In this document: positions 19,350-26,878 of the stretch, piece by piece | How positions within the stretch are numbered: position 1 is the first letter of the stretch | Layout: the number at the start of each line of letters is the position of its first letter | Source: a virus | DNA: 64,000 bases | Virus record (IMG/VR): IMGVR_UViG_3300035523_000146 | Direction: 5' to 3' (one strand) | Made by a program: the position numbers and the translations under genes | The notes under the pieces: generated by a model | Seen by the model: only the letters and a program-made list of their open reading frames with translations | Databases searched by the model: none | What the model was told of the DNA's origin: nothing

Positions 19350-20199
19350 TCACCTCTTCCTCAAAGCGGTACACGGCTCGTCCCGCGTAATCCTTGCGTG
19401 ACACGCGAACAAAGCTTGCCCATGGTCCTGCCGCAAGTCGGCCAATCCCAGTCGTAACGGCGCGAAGGACGACGCGCGCGCTATTGCGTTCCACGATCTC
19501 CGTACAACGCCCCTCAAACAGAACATCCGGCGGCGCGCAAACCAGATCGCCCACTTCCAGATCAATTGCTCTGCCGACCCAATTGGTGTCCGCCACAACG
19601 AGGTTATTTCGGCACTCAGCCCCGAGTATTCTGCCTCGCAAATCCAATGGCTGGTTTCTGAGCAGTTCCTCTGCACGCGTGCGGTTGATCAGTCCCAGGC
19701 TGATGCACATATGATTGACCAATGTGCCGAAGCCCACACCGAAGTAAGTAGCGATCACGTAAACGGCTTCGGGACAACACGAACCAGCGGTCAACTTCCT
19801 TACGGCAAAAGCTCTTGAGACCGCCGCTTTCGGCATCAGGAGCTCGCCAGCAAAGCAGTTGGCCACGTACTCATCGGGATCATTCCGGCGTAACGTGCTT
19901 CGTTCTTCCACGAGCTCGTCGAATTGGGCACCGTGCCCAAAGACGTGGTGTCCGAGCTCATGCGCCGCGTTGAATGCACGTCTGCCAGGCGGACGAAGTG
20001 CCGATACCAGCACGATTGGCATCACTCCATTTGGGAAATATATCCCCTCCATGGATGGGAGAGCCTCGAACCGAACGTCCACGCCAACCTTGGCGGCAAG
20101 GTCAAAGACGCAGCCGGGATTGGCGCAGCTCCAACCGTGCTCAGAGCGGAGTCTCAGTGCCTTTGCAATGGCGGCTCGCGCAAACACGCTGCGATTCAC
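19336..20199 (-). CDS. ImmA/IrrE-family metallopeptidase
   Basis: RRAFNAAHELGH (HExxH) and EYVANCFAGELLMP. Confidence 0.92.
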   Translation of the reverse strand: MNRSVFARAAIAKALRLRSEHGWSCANPGCVFDLAAKVGVDVRFEALPSMEGIYFPNGVMPIVLVSALRPPGRRAFNAAHELGHHVFGHGAQFDELVEERSTLRRNDPDEYVANCFAGELLMPKAAVSRAFAVRKLTAGSCCPEAVYVIATYFGVGFGTLVNHMCISLGLINRTRAEELLRNQPLDLRGRILGAECRNNLVVADTNWVGRAIDLEVGDLVCAPPDVLFEGRCTEIVERNSARVVLRAVTTGIGRLAAGPWASFVRVSRKDYAGRAVYRFEEEVSDGE

Positions 20200-20549
20200 T
20201 CTTTCTCCTTCGGCTTGCGCAGCATGCGAAGCGTACTTAGCAGCCGGTCGAGATCCTCGTCCTTCATTCTGCTGAGCTCACGTGCAGCTATGAGGATACG
20301 GTCTTCCACAGATTCCTTTTCGCCCCAGTCCCCTCCGGTGAGCCAATTTACGCTGACCCCGTACATCTCGGCAAATGCTGCAAGTTCCTCGGCACTAACG
20401 GCGCGACGGCCGGCCTCAATCTCCGATACAGATGGACGATGCAAATCCATCTTCTTTGCAGCTTGCCCCTGTGATAAGCCAGCAGCTTCACGCGCAGATC
20501 GCAGACGACTCGCGATCAACTCGCGCTTTTCATGGTCCCGTCCTGGCAC
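20196..20549 (-). CDS. XRE-family HTH transcriptional regulator
   Basis: LRSAREAAGLSQGQAA...VSEIEAGRR; overlaps the IrrE-like gene start. Confidence 0.92.
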   Translation of the reverse strand: MPGRDHEKRELIASRLRSAREAAGLSQGQAAKKMDLHRPSVSEIEAGRRAVSAEELAAFAEMYGVSVNWLTGGDWGEKESVEDRILIAARELSRMKDEDLDRLLSTLRMLRKPKEKE

Positions 20550-20552
20550 ACT

Positions 20553-20828
20553 TCACCTCACAGTCATCAACTGAGCCAGCCGTTCAGCTATCTGTTCGAC
20601 GCGTACTGGCTTGCTTTTCTTGTCAAGACAAAGGTTGTCTTCAGGGATATCGATCCCGAGCTGCGTCCTGAGCTCCACGGTTACCTCCATCCCGTTCAAA
20701 CTGTCAAATTCGAGTAGGTCTGTCAGAGGGCAAGTGGCAGGGCCAATCTCAGATGGTGGCCGGCCCGACATTTCCTGGTAATGACCAATAACCTCAATTA
20801 CCAGAGCAAGTAGCTGCGCGCTCGACAT
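20553..20828 (-). CDS. Acyl carrier protein-like
   Basis: 91 aa from ATG 20828 with AGGAGG RBS; FDSLNGMEV phosphopantetheine-site motif in helical context. Confidence 0.75.
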   Translation of the reverse strand: MSSAQLLALVIEVIGHYQEMSGRPPSEIGPATCPLTDLLEFDSLNGMEVTVELRTQLGIDIPEDNLCLDKKSKPVRVEQIAERLAQLMTVR

Positions 20829-20841
20829 TTTTCTTGACCTC

Positions 20842-20870
20842 CTTACCGGTTGGTAATATATTCTTACCGG
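20842..20870. promoter_or_regulatory. Candidate operator in the divergent promoter: CTTACCGG repeated at 21-bp spacing with an inverted GGTAA between
   Basis: CTTACCGG at 20842-20849 and 20863-20870, GGTAA at 20852-20856, in the about 100-bp AT-rich gap between divergent genes. Confidence 0.45.
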
Positions 20871-20926
20871 CGTGGACGTCAATGAAAAAGTTGAAAAAAT
20901 AACATCGTGTTTCAAATGGAGGGGCT

Positions 20927-21937
20927 ATGTTCCACGCATTTGAGGGCCATACCGCCGAGGAAGTCTATGATGGGATCCTTTCAACATTCCGCACGCCGGG
21001 ACAGATTGGCTTCCAGCCGAGCCGCGCTGGCGACACCCAGGAGTTGCTGCATGCAACAATCTCAATCGCCGATCCTCGTCAACGTTGGTTGGCTTCCCGC
21101 ACACCTGCACTGAACCCGGCTTTCGCCATTGCGGAAGCGATCTGGATCCTGCGCGGTCGAAACGACTCGCGCTTCCTTACATTCTTCAATAGCGAATTGC
21201 CGAAGTTCGCCGGCGTGGGCCCAACATTTTACGGAGCCTACGGGCACCGGCTTCGGCGAAACTTGGGCATTGACCAACTGGAGCGCGCTTTCCACGCGCT
21301 TAAGAACAACCCGGAATCGCGACAGGTAGTACTGCAGATTTGGGACGCCGAGCAGGATTTTCCAGACGAAGCCGGAGCGCCAAAGGCGGAAGACATTCCG
21401 TGTAATCTGCTTTCCATGCTGAAGGTAAGAGACGGTGCCCTGGAGTGGACGCAGGTGATTCGCAGCAACGATGTCTATCGCGGACTTCCGTACAACCTCG
21501 TGCAATTCACCACTCTGCAGGAGGTGATGGCCGGTTGGCTCGGCTTGAAGCTCGGAAGCTACAATCAGCTCAGTGACAGCCTGCACGTTTATGCGCGAGA
21601 CTTGAAGGCAGTTGTCAGTTCGGCGGGTGTTCAAGCGCAGGCGAACGAGGACAACTTGAGTCTTCCGAAGGCGGAATCCGATCGGGTCTTCGCTGCAATG
21701 GAAAAACACGTCGAAACGCTGATCAACAATGAGCGCGGTTCCGCGGCGCCCACCGAGATCGTAAAGAGGCGCGATCTTCCCCAGCCGTACAGAAACATGA
21801 TCTGCGTTCTATCCGCCGAAGCTGCACGGCGAGCCAGATTGGCCACTGTCGCGACCGAGATAATGGCCGAGTGCTCGAATCCGGTCTTTTGCCAATTATT
21901 CGAGCGCTGGTGCAAGCGGTTCAAGAAGGCGGGCTAA
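20927..21937 (+). CDS. Thymidylate synthase / dUMP hydroxymethylase-family protein
   Basis: AYGHRLR, DQL...SRQVVLQIWD, DIPCN (catalytic Cys), RSNDVYRGLPYN, SLHVY. Confidence 0.9.
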   Translation: MFHAFEGHTAEEVYDGILSTFRTPGQIGFQPSRAGDTQELLHATISIADPRQRWLASRTPALNPAFAIAEAIWILRGRNDSRFLTFFNSELPKFAGVGPTFYGAYGHRLRRNLGIDQLERAFHALKNNPESRQVVLQIWDAEQDFPDEAGAPKAEDIPCNLLSMLKVRDGALEWTQVIRSNDVYRGLPYNLVQFTTLQEVMAGWLGLKLGSYNQLSDSLHVYARDLKAVVSSAGVQAQANEDNLSLPKAESDRVFAAMEKHVETLINNERGSAAPTEIVKRRDLPQPYRNMICVLSAEAARRARLATVATEIMAECSNPVFCQLFERWCKRFKKAG

Positions 21938-22086
21938 ACGCACCGCTCGGACGCGACTGTCTGATCTCGGCACTTAGGGATGGTTGGGAAATCTCTCACG
22001 CGGACGCACTGGAATGGGCAACTCGCAGCACGACTTGCCCTTACCGAGCGCAAGCTTTAGCTATGTAATGATCTTGTTGCGATGCT

Positions 22087-23025
22087 TTATGTGCCGACCT
22101 TTTTCTTTGCAGAGACGTCAAATATTTCGTCGGTCAACATGGATTCGAGCCGATCGTTATTCAGCAATTTCAGGATCAACTCCACATTCTCTTCGGTTGT
22201 TATGATCTTGTCGCCGTCAAACGTCACTGGCCAACCTTGCGCAGTGCATACCAATTTCAGGTTTGCCATGAAATCAGGTTGCTTATAATAGCCATTCTTC
22301 TTAATCATGGCCATCCGACGAAGGAAATTCAACCGCACACCGGTCGCGCTCCGGATCACCTCGACGTCATCGATCAGTCCCGAACTATGAAGCTCCCGCA
22401 AGAGATCATCCCGACTTCTCTCCATACCCGCACGAAAATTCATCGCCGCCTCAAACTTCTTCTTATCCAAGACGAACACCAGACCATCGTATGCAAAGAA
22501 ATCAATCTTCTTCTCCAGCTTGAAGATCTGGTCTTCAGCAACATCCATGAGAATGTGGTCGCGAAAAACGGCGTTAAGGGTCCGTCCCTTCTGCTTCAAC
22601 TTCCAGCCTTCGGGGATCTTATGAACTGCCAGAATGCGTTCGCTCTGCGCTTCCATGGCAATCGCATAAGCCCAGGAGTCGTAAAGTTGGTCCGCTGACG
22701 TTACCGACGGAGCAGCACTGCCCTCGGCGATTTGGTCGTAGATGGCCTGAAGGTCAGTTTCTGGCATCCTAAGGCCTACTGCTTCACCGGTATCAAGTTC
22801 TTCCGAGAGGAACTCATAGGGCTCAACGTGGTTAGCGGATCTTACCGCAGACGACACGATGTCCGAGAGTTTTCGCTGCAGTGCAGCTTCCGTCCGGACT
22901 GCGAGGGCATCATACTTGGCGACACCCGCGCGCATACCGCGTTTGATCACCCACAGGTTCGCGTGCGCGCGTGCAAACGACAAGGCTTGCAGTTTCTTCA
23001 GGCTCTTCGTCAGTGCCGATATCAT
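22087..23025 (-). CDS. kwaB: Kiwa KwaB-like (DUF4868) protein
   Basis: IFKLEKKIDFF...FEAAMNF core typical of DUF4868; coupled downstream of a TM partner gene. Confidence 0.75.
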   Translation of the reverse strand: MISALTKSLKKLQALSFARAHANLWVIKRGMRAGVAKYDALAVRTEAALQRKLSDIVSSAVRSANHVEPYEFLSEELDTGEAVGLRMPETDLQAIYDQIAEGSAAPSVTSADQLYDSWAYAIAMEAQSERILAVHKIPEGWKLKQKGRTLNAVFRDHILMDVAEDQIFKLEKKIDFFAYDGLVFVLDKKKFEAAMNFRAGMERSRDDLLRELHSSGLIDDVEVIRSATGVRLNFLRRMAMIKKNGYYKQPDFMANLKLVCTAQGWPVTFDGDKIITTEENVELILKLLNNDRLESMLTDEIFDVSAKKKVGT

Positions 23026-23576
23026 TGGGCTTTCTCTCCTGTAGGAACGATGTAGAGGAAAGGCGATAACCGCTCCATCTTGTATTCCTTGCCCTGCGCC
23101 AACTCGATTTTCGACAGAAATATGCCTGTCCGCGGCTTGCCGGACTCCTCAAATTCGACTTCATACAGACCCCAGCCGAGCAGCGCAAGAAAAGGGTTAA
23201 GGAATATACTCTGCGTCCTGATAGCAAGAACAAGCAGTATTCCCAGAAACATCAGCAGCGCAGAGATGTCCTGCCACTTGCCGAAATCTACGCTAAAGAA
23301 CGACACTACGTAGGGGATGGAATACGCCGCGAGGTCATTTGACCGCAGGGATACACGTTTCGTCGTAATGAGGAATTGGCCGCGGCAACAACTCATTGCT
23401 GCGAAAAGCAGAACTCCGCTGGCAACGGCGACAGTAAACGCAGAGTAGACGAAGACGCTGTTCTTAAAGCAGTCCTGTTTTTCATCAAAGTCGCGTATCG
23501 CGAAAAGCAACGCGAGCGGCGCATACGCGCTCACCGCGATTGCCGCTGCGAACCCGAGGCGCGGTTTCATAAGCAA
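23022..23576 (-). CDS. kwaA: Kiwa KwaA-like membrane protein
   Basis: Several TM helices; YSIPYVVSF and IFLNPFLALLGWGLYEV; 4-bp overlap with the kwaB-like gene. Confidence 0.7.
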   Translation of the reverse strand: MLMKPRLGFAAAIAVSAYAPLALLFAIRDFDEKQDCFKNSVFVYSAFTVAVASGVLLFAAMSCCRGQFLITTKRVSLRSNDLAAYSIPYVVSFFSVDFGKWQDISALLMFLGILLVLAIRTQSIFLNPFLALLGWGLYEVEFEESGKPRTGIFLSKIELAQGKEYKMERLSPFLYIVPTGEKAQ

Positions 23577-23796
23577 TTGGCTCCGATGCTTTTCTGGATG
23601 ATAACAACACTGACTTCTCAGGTAAAGATGGCAAATTTAGGAAGGGTTGGAAACGCACGTAAGTCTCGCACGGGACCTCAGGGGCAGACTTCTTCGGGGG
23701 AGAACGTGTTTCGCTACATGTTACACTGTTATCAGGCGACACTTTATTGAATATGTAAACTATTATGCGTACATGACTTATATATTAGCGGTTCTA

Positions 23797-23825
23797 GGAC
23801 AGGGGGGTCGATTCCCATCGCCTCC
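23797..23825 (+). mobile_element. Degenerate tmRNA (ssrA)-like 3' fragment, possible att scar
   Basis: GGACAGGGGGGTCGATTCCCATCGCCTCC resembles the ssrA T-arm/acceptor end, with mismatches and no 5' part. Confidence 0.4.
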
Positions 23826-23980
23826 GCTGTCGGGCGGGCGTGGGTTGAATCCGCATCGATGGCCCGCTCCATGATCCGCAAAGTCGTCAGCGCGCGCGCG
23901 AGCGTGGACTGGCCTCGCTCGGCACGGAGTGCGGTTTGGGGGAATCGGGAGGTGCTATACATGAAAGATGCTGATAGACG

Positions 23981-24016
23981 ACGTAATGCAAAAACGTAAT
24001 GCAAACGTAATGCAAA
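23981..24016 (+). repeat. Three tandem ACGTAATGCAA repeats, putative integrase arm sites
   Basis: Copies start at 23981, 23994 and 24005, about 25 bp upstream of the tRNA-Leu fragment. Confidence 0.75.
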
Positions 24017-24041
24017 TCAGGCTACTTAATTGGGTACGAGT

Positions 24042-24087
24042 GGGACTTAAAATCCTTTCAGTGTGGGTTCGACTCCCATCCCGGCTA
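24042..24087 (+). tRNA. 3' fragment of tRNA-Leu(TAA) (att scar, not a functional tRNA)
   Basis: GGGA-CTTAAAA-TCC anticodon arm and GTGGG-TTCGACT-CCCAT T-arm; no matching 5' acceptor strand or D-arm. Confidence 0.7.
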
Positions 24088-24257
24088 AATCTTAATCCTG
24101 CGCTATATTCATAGGTGATATTAGGAACAGTCAAGCTCTTTACTCACAGGAGTTTCACATTTGCGCTATCCAGTTCGGAGCCGTCAGATGTTATCCATAT
24201 TTTGTCTATTGCGTGCGCTGTTTCGATTGGTATAACTCGCTATTTGAGGCGTTAACC

Positions 24258-25760
24258 ATGATTTTTGACCGAAAGGATCTATATCGAGTTCCACGCGTAG
24301 CTCCCACTCCGGAGAAGAGCTCCTTTAAGCGGCAATCTCTGCGACCTTACTCCGCATCCGGACGCCCGGGATGGCTTGTTAAGTGGACCAATCCACATGG
24401 AAGACGTTCGACGGCTTCTCTCAGTACGCGCGACGAGACCGAAGCGAAAGCCGTCGCGCTTGACCTCGAACGCCTTCTCAACGACCCGACGTACTGGGAC
24501 ATCAAGGATGGCGATCCCAGATGCGTTCATTTCCATCCCAGAGCACTCGAAATCTTCTGCCGGCGCCCGGCGCGAGCGTGTCCATCGACGGCGGCTGTCT
24601 CTGAGGACGCAATCCAGTTCTTCCGGACGATGCCATCCGATTGGAGCCCTAAGAGCTGGTACATCCCTGTTCCGGAACTCAACGAACTTCGCATCGAGCT
24701 TGCCAACAAGGAACGCATGGTCGCCAGACTTGAGCAGGAAAAAGAAGTGTGGAATCGCGAACGCATGGAACTCCGCAAGCGCCTAAACAAACACTGCACA
24801 GCCACAATGAGCGAGGCGCTTGAAGAATTCGAGAGATACTACCGCAACGGACATGCTCCAGAAACGGTGAGTCAAGTCTTGCGCGTGAATCGTCAGTTGG
24901 CTGAAGCTGTGGGCATGGATACTCTGGCTGGCCTCGTTACCGGCGCCGAGATCAATCAACTTCTGTACAACTACACTAACGCCGGGCGCAAAGTCTGCCA
25001 ACGAACGCGCAGACGGGTAAAGGCGTATCTGTCTACCTTCTGGTCTTGGGCTGTCCGCCAATACGAACTAAACGGAAATCCCATCGCTCACGTCCACGTG
25101 ATCCCTGCTGGCGCGCCTGAGTCAATTGAGGCGGTGAGGAGCTTTCAGGATCTAACGACCATGGTCAGTGCACTTGCTGACCGTCCGTATTGGCAAGCTT
25201 GGGTTGCGGTCGCCACCCTGGCCGGTCCTCGCTGGGGAGAACAGGCGGCCATCAGGATCGCAGACGTGAATCTCAATGATGGCTACATCCGCATTGCCGG
25301 ATCAATCACTGGCCGCGGCACAAAGACAGGAAGACAACGCAACGTTCCGATTGAACGGACCACTCTTATGCCCATCCTTAAGAAATTCATGGCGGACGAG
25401 CCGCATCGAAATGGGCTGCTCTTCCCTTCGATCAGCGCTGGACACGGCGCAACGAAGGACGGGCTCTGGCGGGCACAGACGTGGCACAAGTATTGGTTTG
25501 GCGGCCACAATCCCGACGGAGAATTTGTGCAGGGTATATCACAGGCTTTGCGTGCGAAACGTGATGCGTACTTTTGGGAATATGGACCAAGGGAATGGCG
25601 CCATTGCGCCGGAACCGCCATGGGTCACGCCGGAATGTCGACCCTGCGCATTTCCCAGTGGCTTGGCAATAGCGAAGCGATTTGCCGTCGTCACTACGTC
25701 GCTCCCAGTGGAGCAGCTAGCTGGCCCCTCAAATGGACAGTGAACCCATACATTGAGTAG
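24258..25760 (+). CDS. Tyrosine integrase
   Basis: TLAGPRWGE (R), TKTG (K), PREWRH, WLGNS, RRHY (Y); stop codon overlaps the tRNA-Pro fragment. Confidence 0.9.
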   Translation: MIFDRKDLYRVPRVAPTPEKSSFKRQSLRPYSASGRPGWLVKWTNPHGRRSTASLSTRDETEAKAVALDLERLLNDPTYWDIKDGDPRCVHFHPRALEIFCRRPARACPSTAAVSEDAIQFFRTMPSDWSPKSWYIPVPELNELRIELANKERMVARLEQEKEVWNRERMELRKRLNKHCTATMSEALEEFERYYRNGHAPETVSQVLRVNRQLAEAVGMDTLAGLVTGAEINQLLYNYTNAGRKVCQRTRRRVKAYLSTFWSWAVRQYELNGNPIAHVHVIPAGAPESIEAVRSFQDLTTMVSALADRPYWQAWVAVATLAGPRWGEQAAIRIADVNLNDGYIRIAGSITGRGTKTGRQRNVPIERTTLMPILKKFMADEPHRNGLLFPSISAGHGATKDGLWRAQTWHKYWFGGHNPDGEFVQGISQALRAKRDAYFWEYGPREWRHCAGTAMGHAGMSTLRISQWLGNSEAICRRHYVAPSGAASWPLKWTVNPYIE

Positions 25761-25810
25761 CCCCCTGGTTTGGGACCAGGAGGTCGCAGGTTCAAATCCT
25801 GTCGCCCCGA
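25757..25810 (+). tRNA. 3' portion of tRNA-Pro(TGG) (att site)
   Basis: CCTGG-TTTGGGA-CCAGG anticodon arm, GCAGG-TTCAAAT-CCTGT T-arm, CGCCCCGA acceptor end; 5' CGGGGCG strand absent. Confidence 0.88.
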
Positions 25811-26075
25811 TTTTTGAAACGCAGTGCAATCCAACGCAACCTAATGATGCGCAACGCCCTTGCAAGAGCGAGGGTGCGTGTTACGTTTCTGGCGATTCGT
25901 GCCATTCCACGCCGAACAAAGCCATAAATTGCAGCCCTTCCCGCCAAGTAACCGCCAAGGAAAACGAGCTTCCGATCGATCTGCAGGAGCTGGCCGCGCT
26001 CTGGACAGCGTTACCTGCGGCGTTGCGGGAATCGTGGATTCTGACTGCGCGCGCACTCGCCGGAAAGGAAAGCAA

Positions 26076-26291
26076 ATGAGAGGTGGACGACGTGAGGGAG
26101 CAGGGCGTAAAGGCATCGGTGGATGGCGATCCATATCCGCACGACTGCCGCGGAGCACTTGGGAAGCGCTGGAACACCAGCGGCAACAAAATGAATCTCG
26201 AGCCGACGCGCTCCGGCGTGTCCTTGCTCCATCTTTGATTTTGGATGATTCCAATTCTGTCCGAGGTTCAGGAATGGGGTCCAGCGATTAA
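26076..26291 (+). CDS. Small putative DNA-binding protein (RGGxRxGAGRK motif, ribbon-helix-helix-like)
   Basis: MRGGRREGAGRKG...SISARLP; ATG overlaps the upstream short ORF stop. Confidence 0.55.
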   Translation: MRGGRREGAGRKGIGGWRSISARLPRSTWEALEHQRQQNESRADALRRVLAPSLILDDSNSVRGSGMGSSD

Positions 26292-26613
26292 AGCCGCCGA
26301 CAGCAGCGCAGTCCCGGTCGAGAGCCGCCGAGTCGTCCTTGTCATCGTCGGCTCTGCCACCGAAGTCCTCAATCCCAACGGCATCTTTGATTGCAGGAAT
26401 GCCGCCCTGCACGGCGCAGTGGGTCCAGTTTGGATAGACGATCCCGTCAGGACCGACCACGTCTGCGGCCGTGAGCCGTTGCTGCTCGTCTGGATGAATC
26501 TTATATAGCGGCGGCCAAGGCGGTTGTGCGTCATGGCTCTCGCCACCCACCGCGACCGAAGCGGGAAGAGCGGGAAGGATCAGCAACAAGACCACGCGCA
26601 CCAAGTCACGCAT
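26290..26613 (-). pseudogene. 5' fragment of a secreted glycoside hydrolase / pectate-lyase-like protein
   Basis: Signal peptide, GIVYPNWTHCAVQGGIP and DFGGRADDDKDDSAA, then loss of protein-like sequence. Confidence 0.5.
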
Positions 26614-26878
26614 AAGCAGCACTGCCGACGCACAGAGAGAGCGCTGCATGTATAGCTTATGCACCGTTCGATCACCTGCGCCGATGGCAAGGACTGTCTC
26701 ATGGCTTTCTGGGGAGAAGACTGCCGCTTTTTCCGTTGGCCTTACCCCGTTTCCTTCCCACCCTCGGAGTACATTCACAGGCCGTTCTGCGATCATTTGC
26801 AACGCGGTGTAGGTTGTAAAGACTGCACTTACCTTACAAAAGTGAACTGCACCGGCCGAACAGGATATTGGAGCCGAG

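Noticed and set aside
20927-21937. Housekeeping thyA
   Set aside because: N-terminus differs from canonical ThyA, there is a helical C-terminal extension and no folA neighbour, and the context is accessory; gene symbol withheld.
24042-25810. Intact tRNA-Leu and tRNA-Pro genes
   Set aside because: Both lack the 5' acceptor strand and a full D-arm, so they are treated as att fragments.
25753-26079. 108-aa ORF as a full gene
   Set aside because: Its N-terminus is translated tRNA sequence. Only the C-terminal DLQELAALWTALP segment looks like a motif seen near integrases, and its start cannot be placed.
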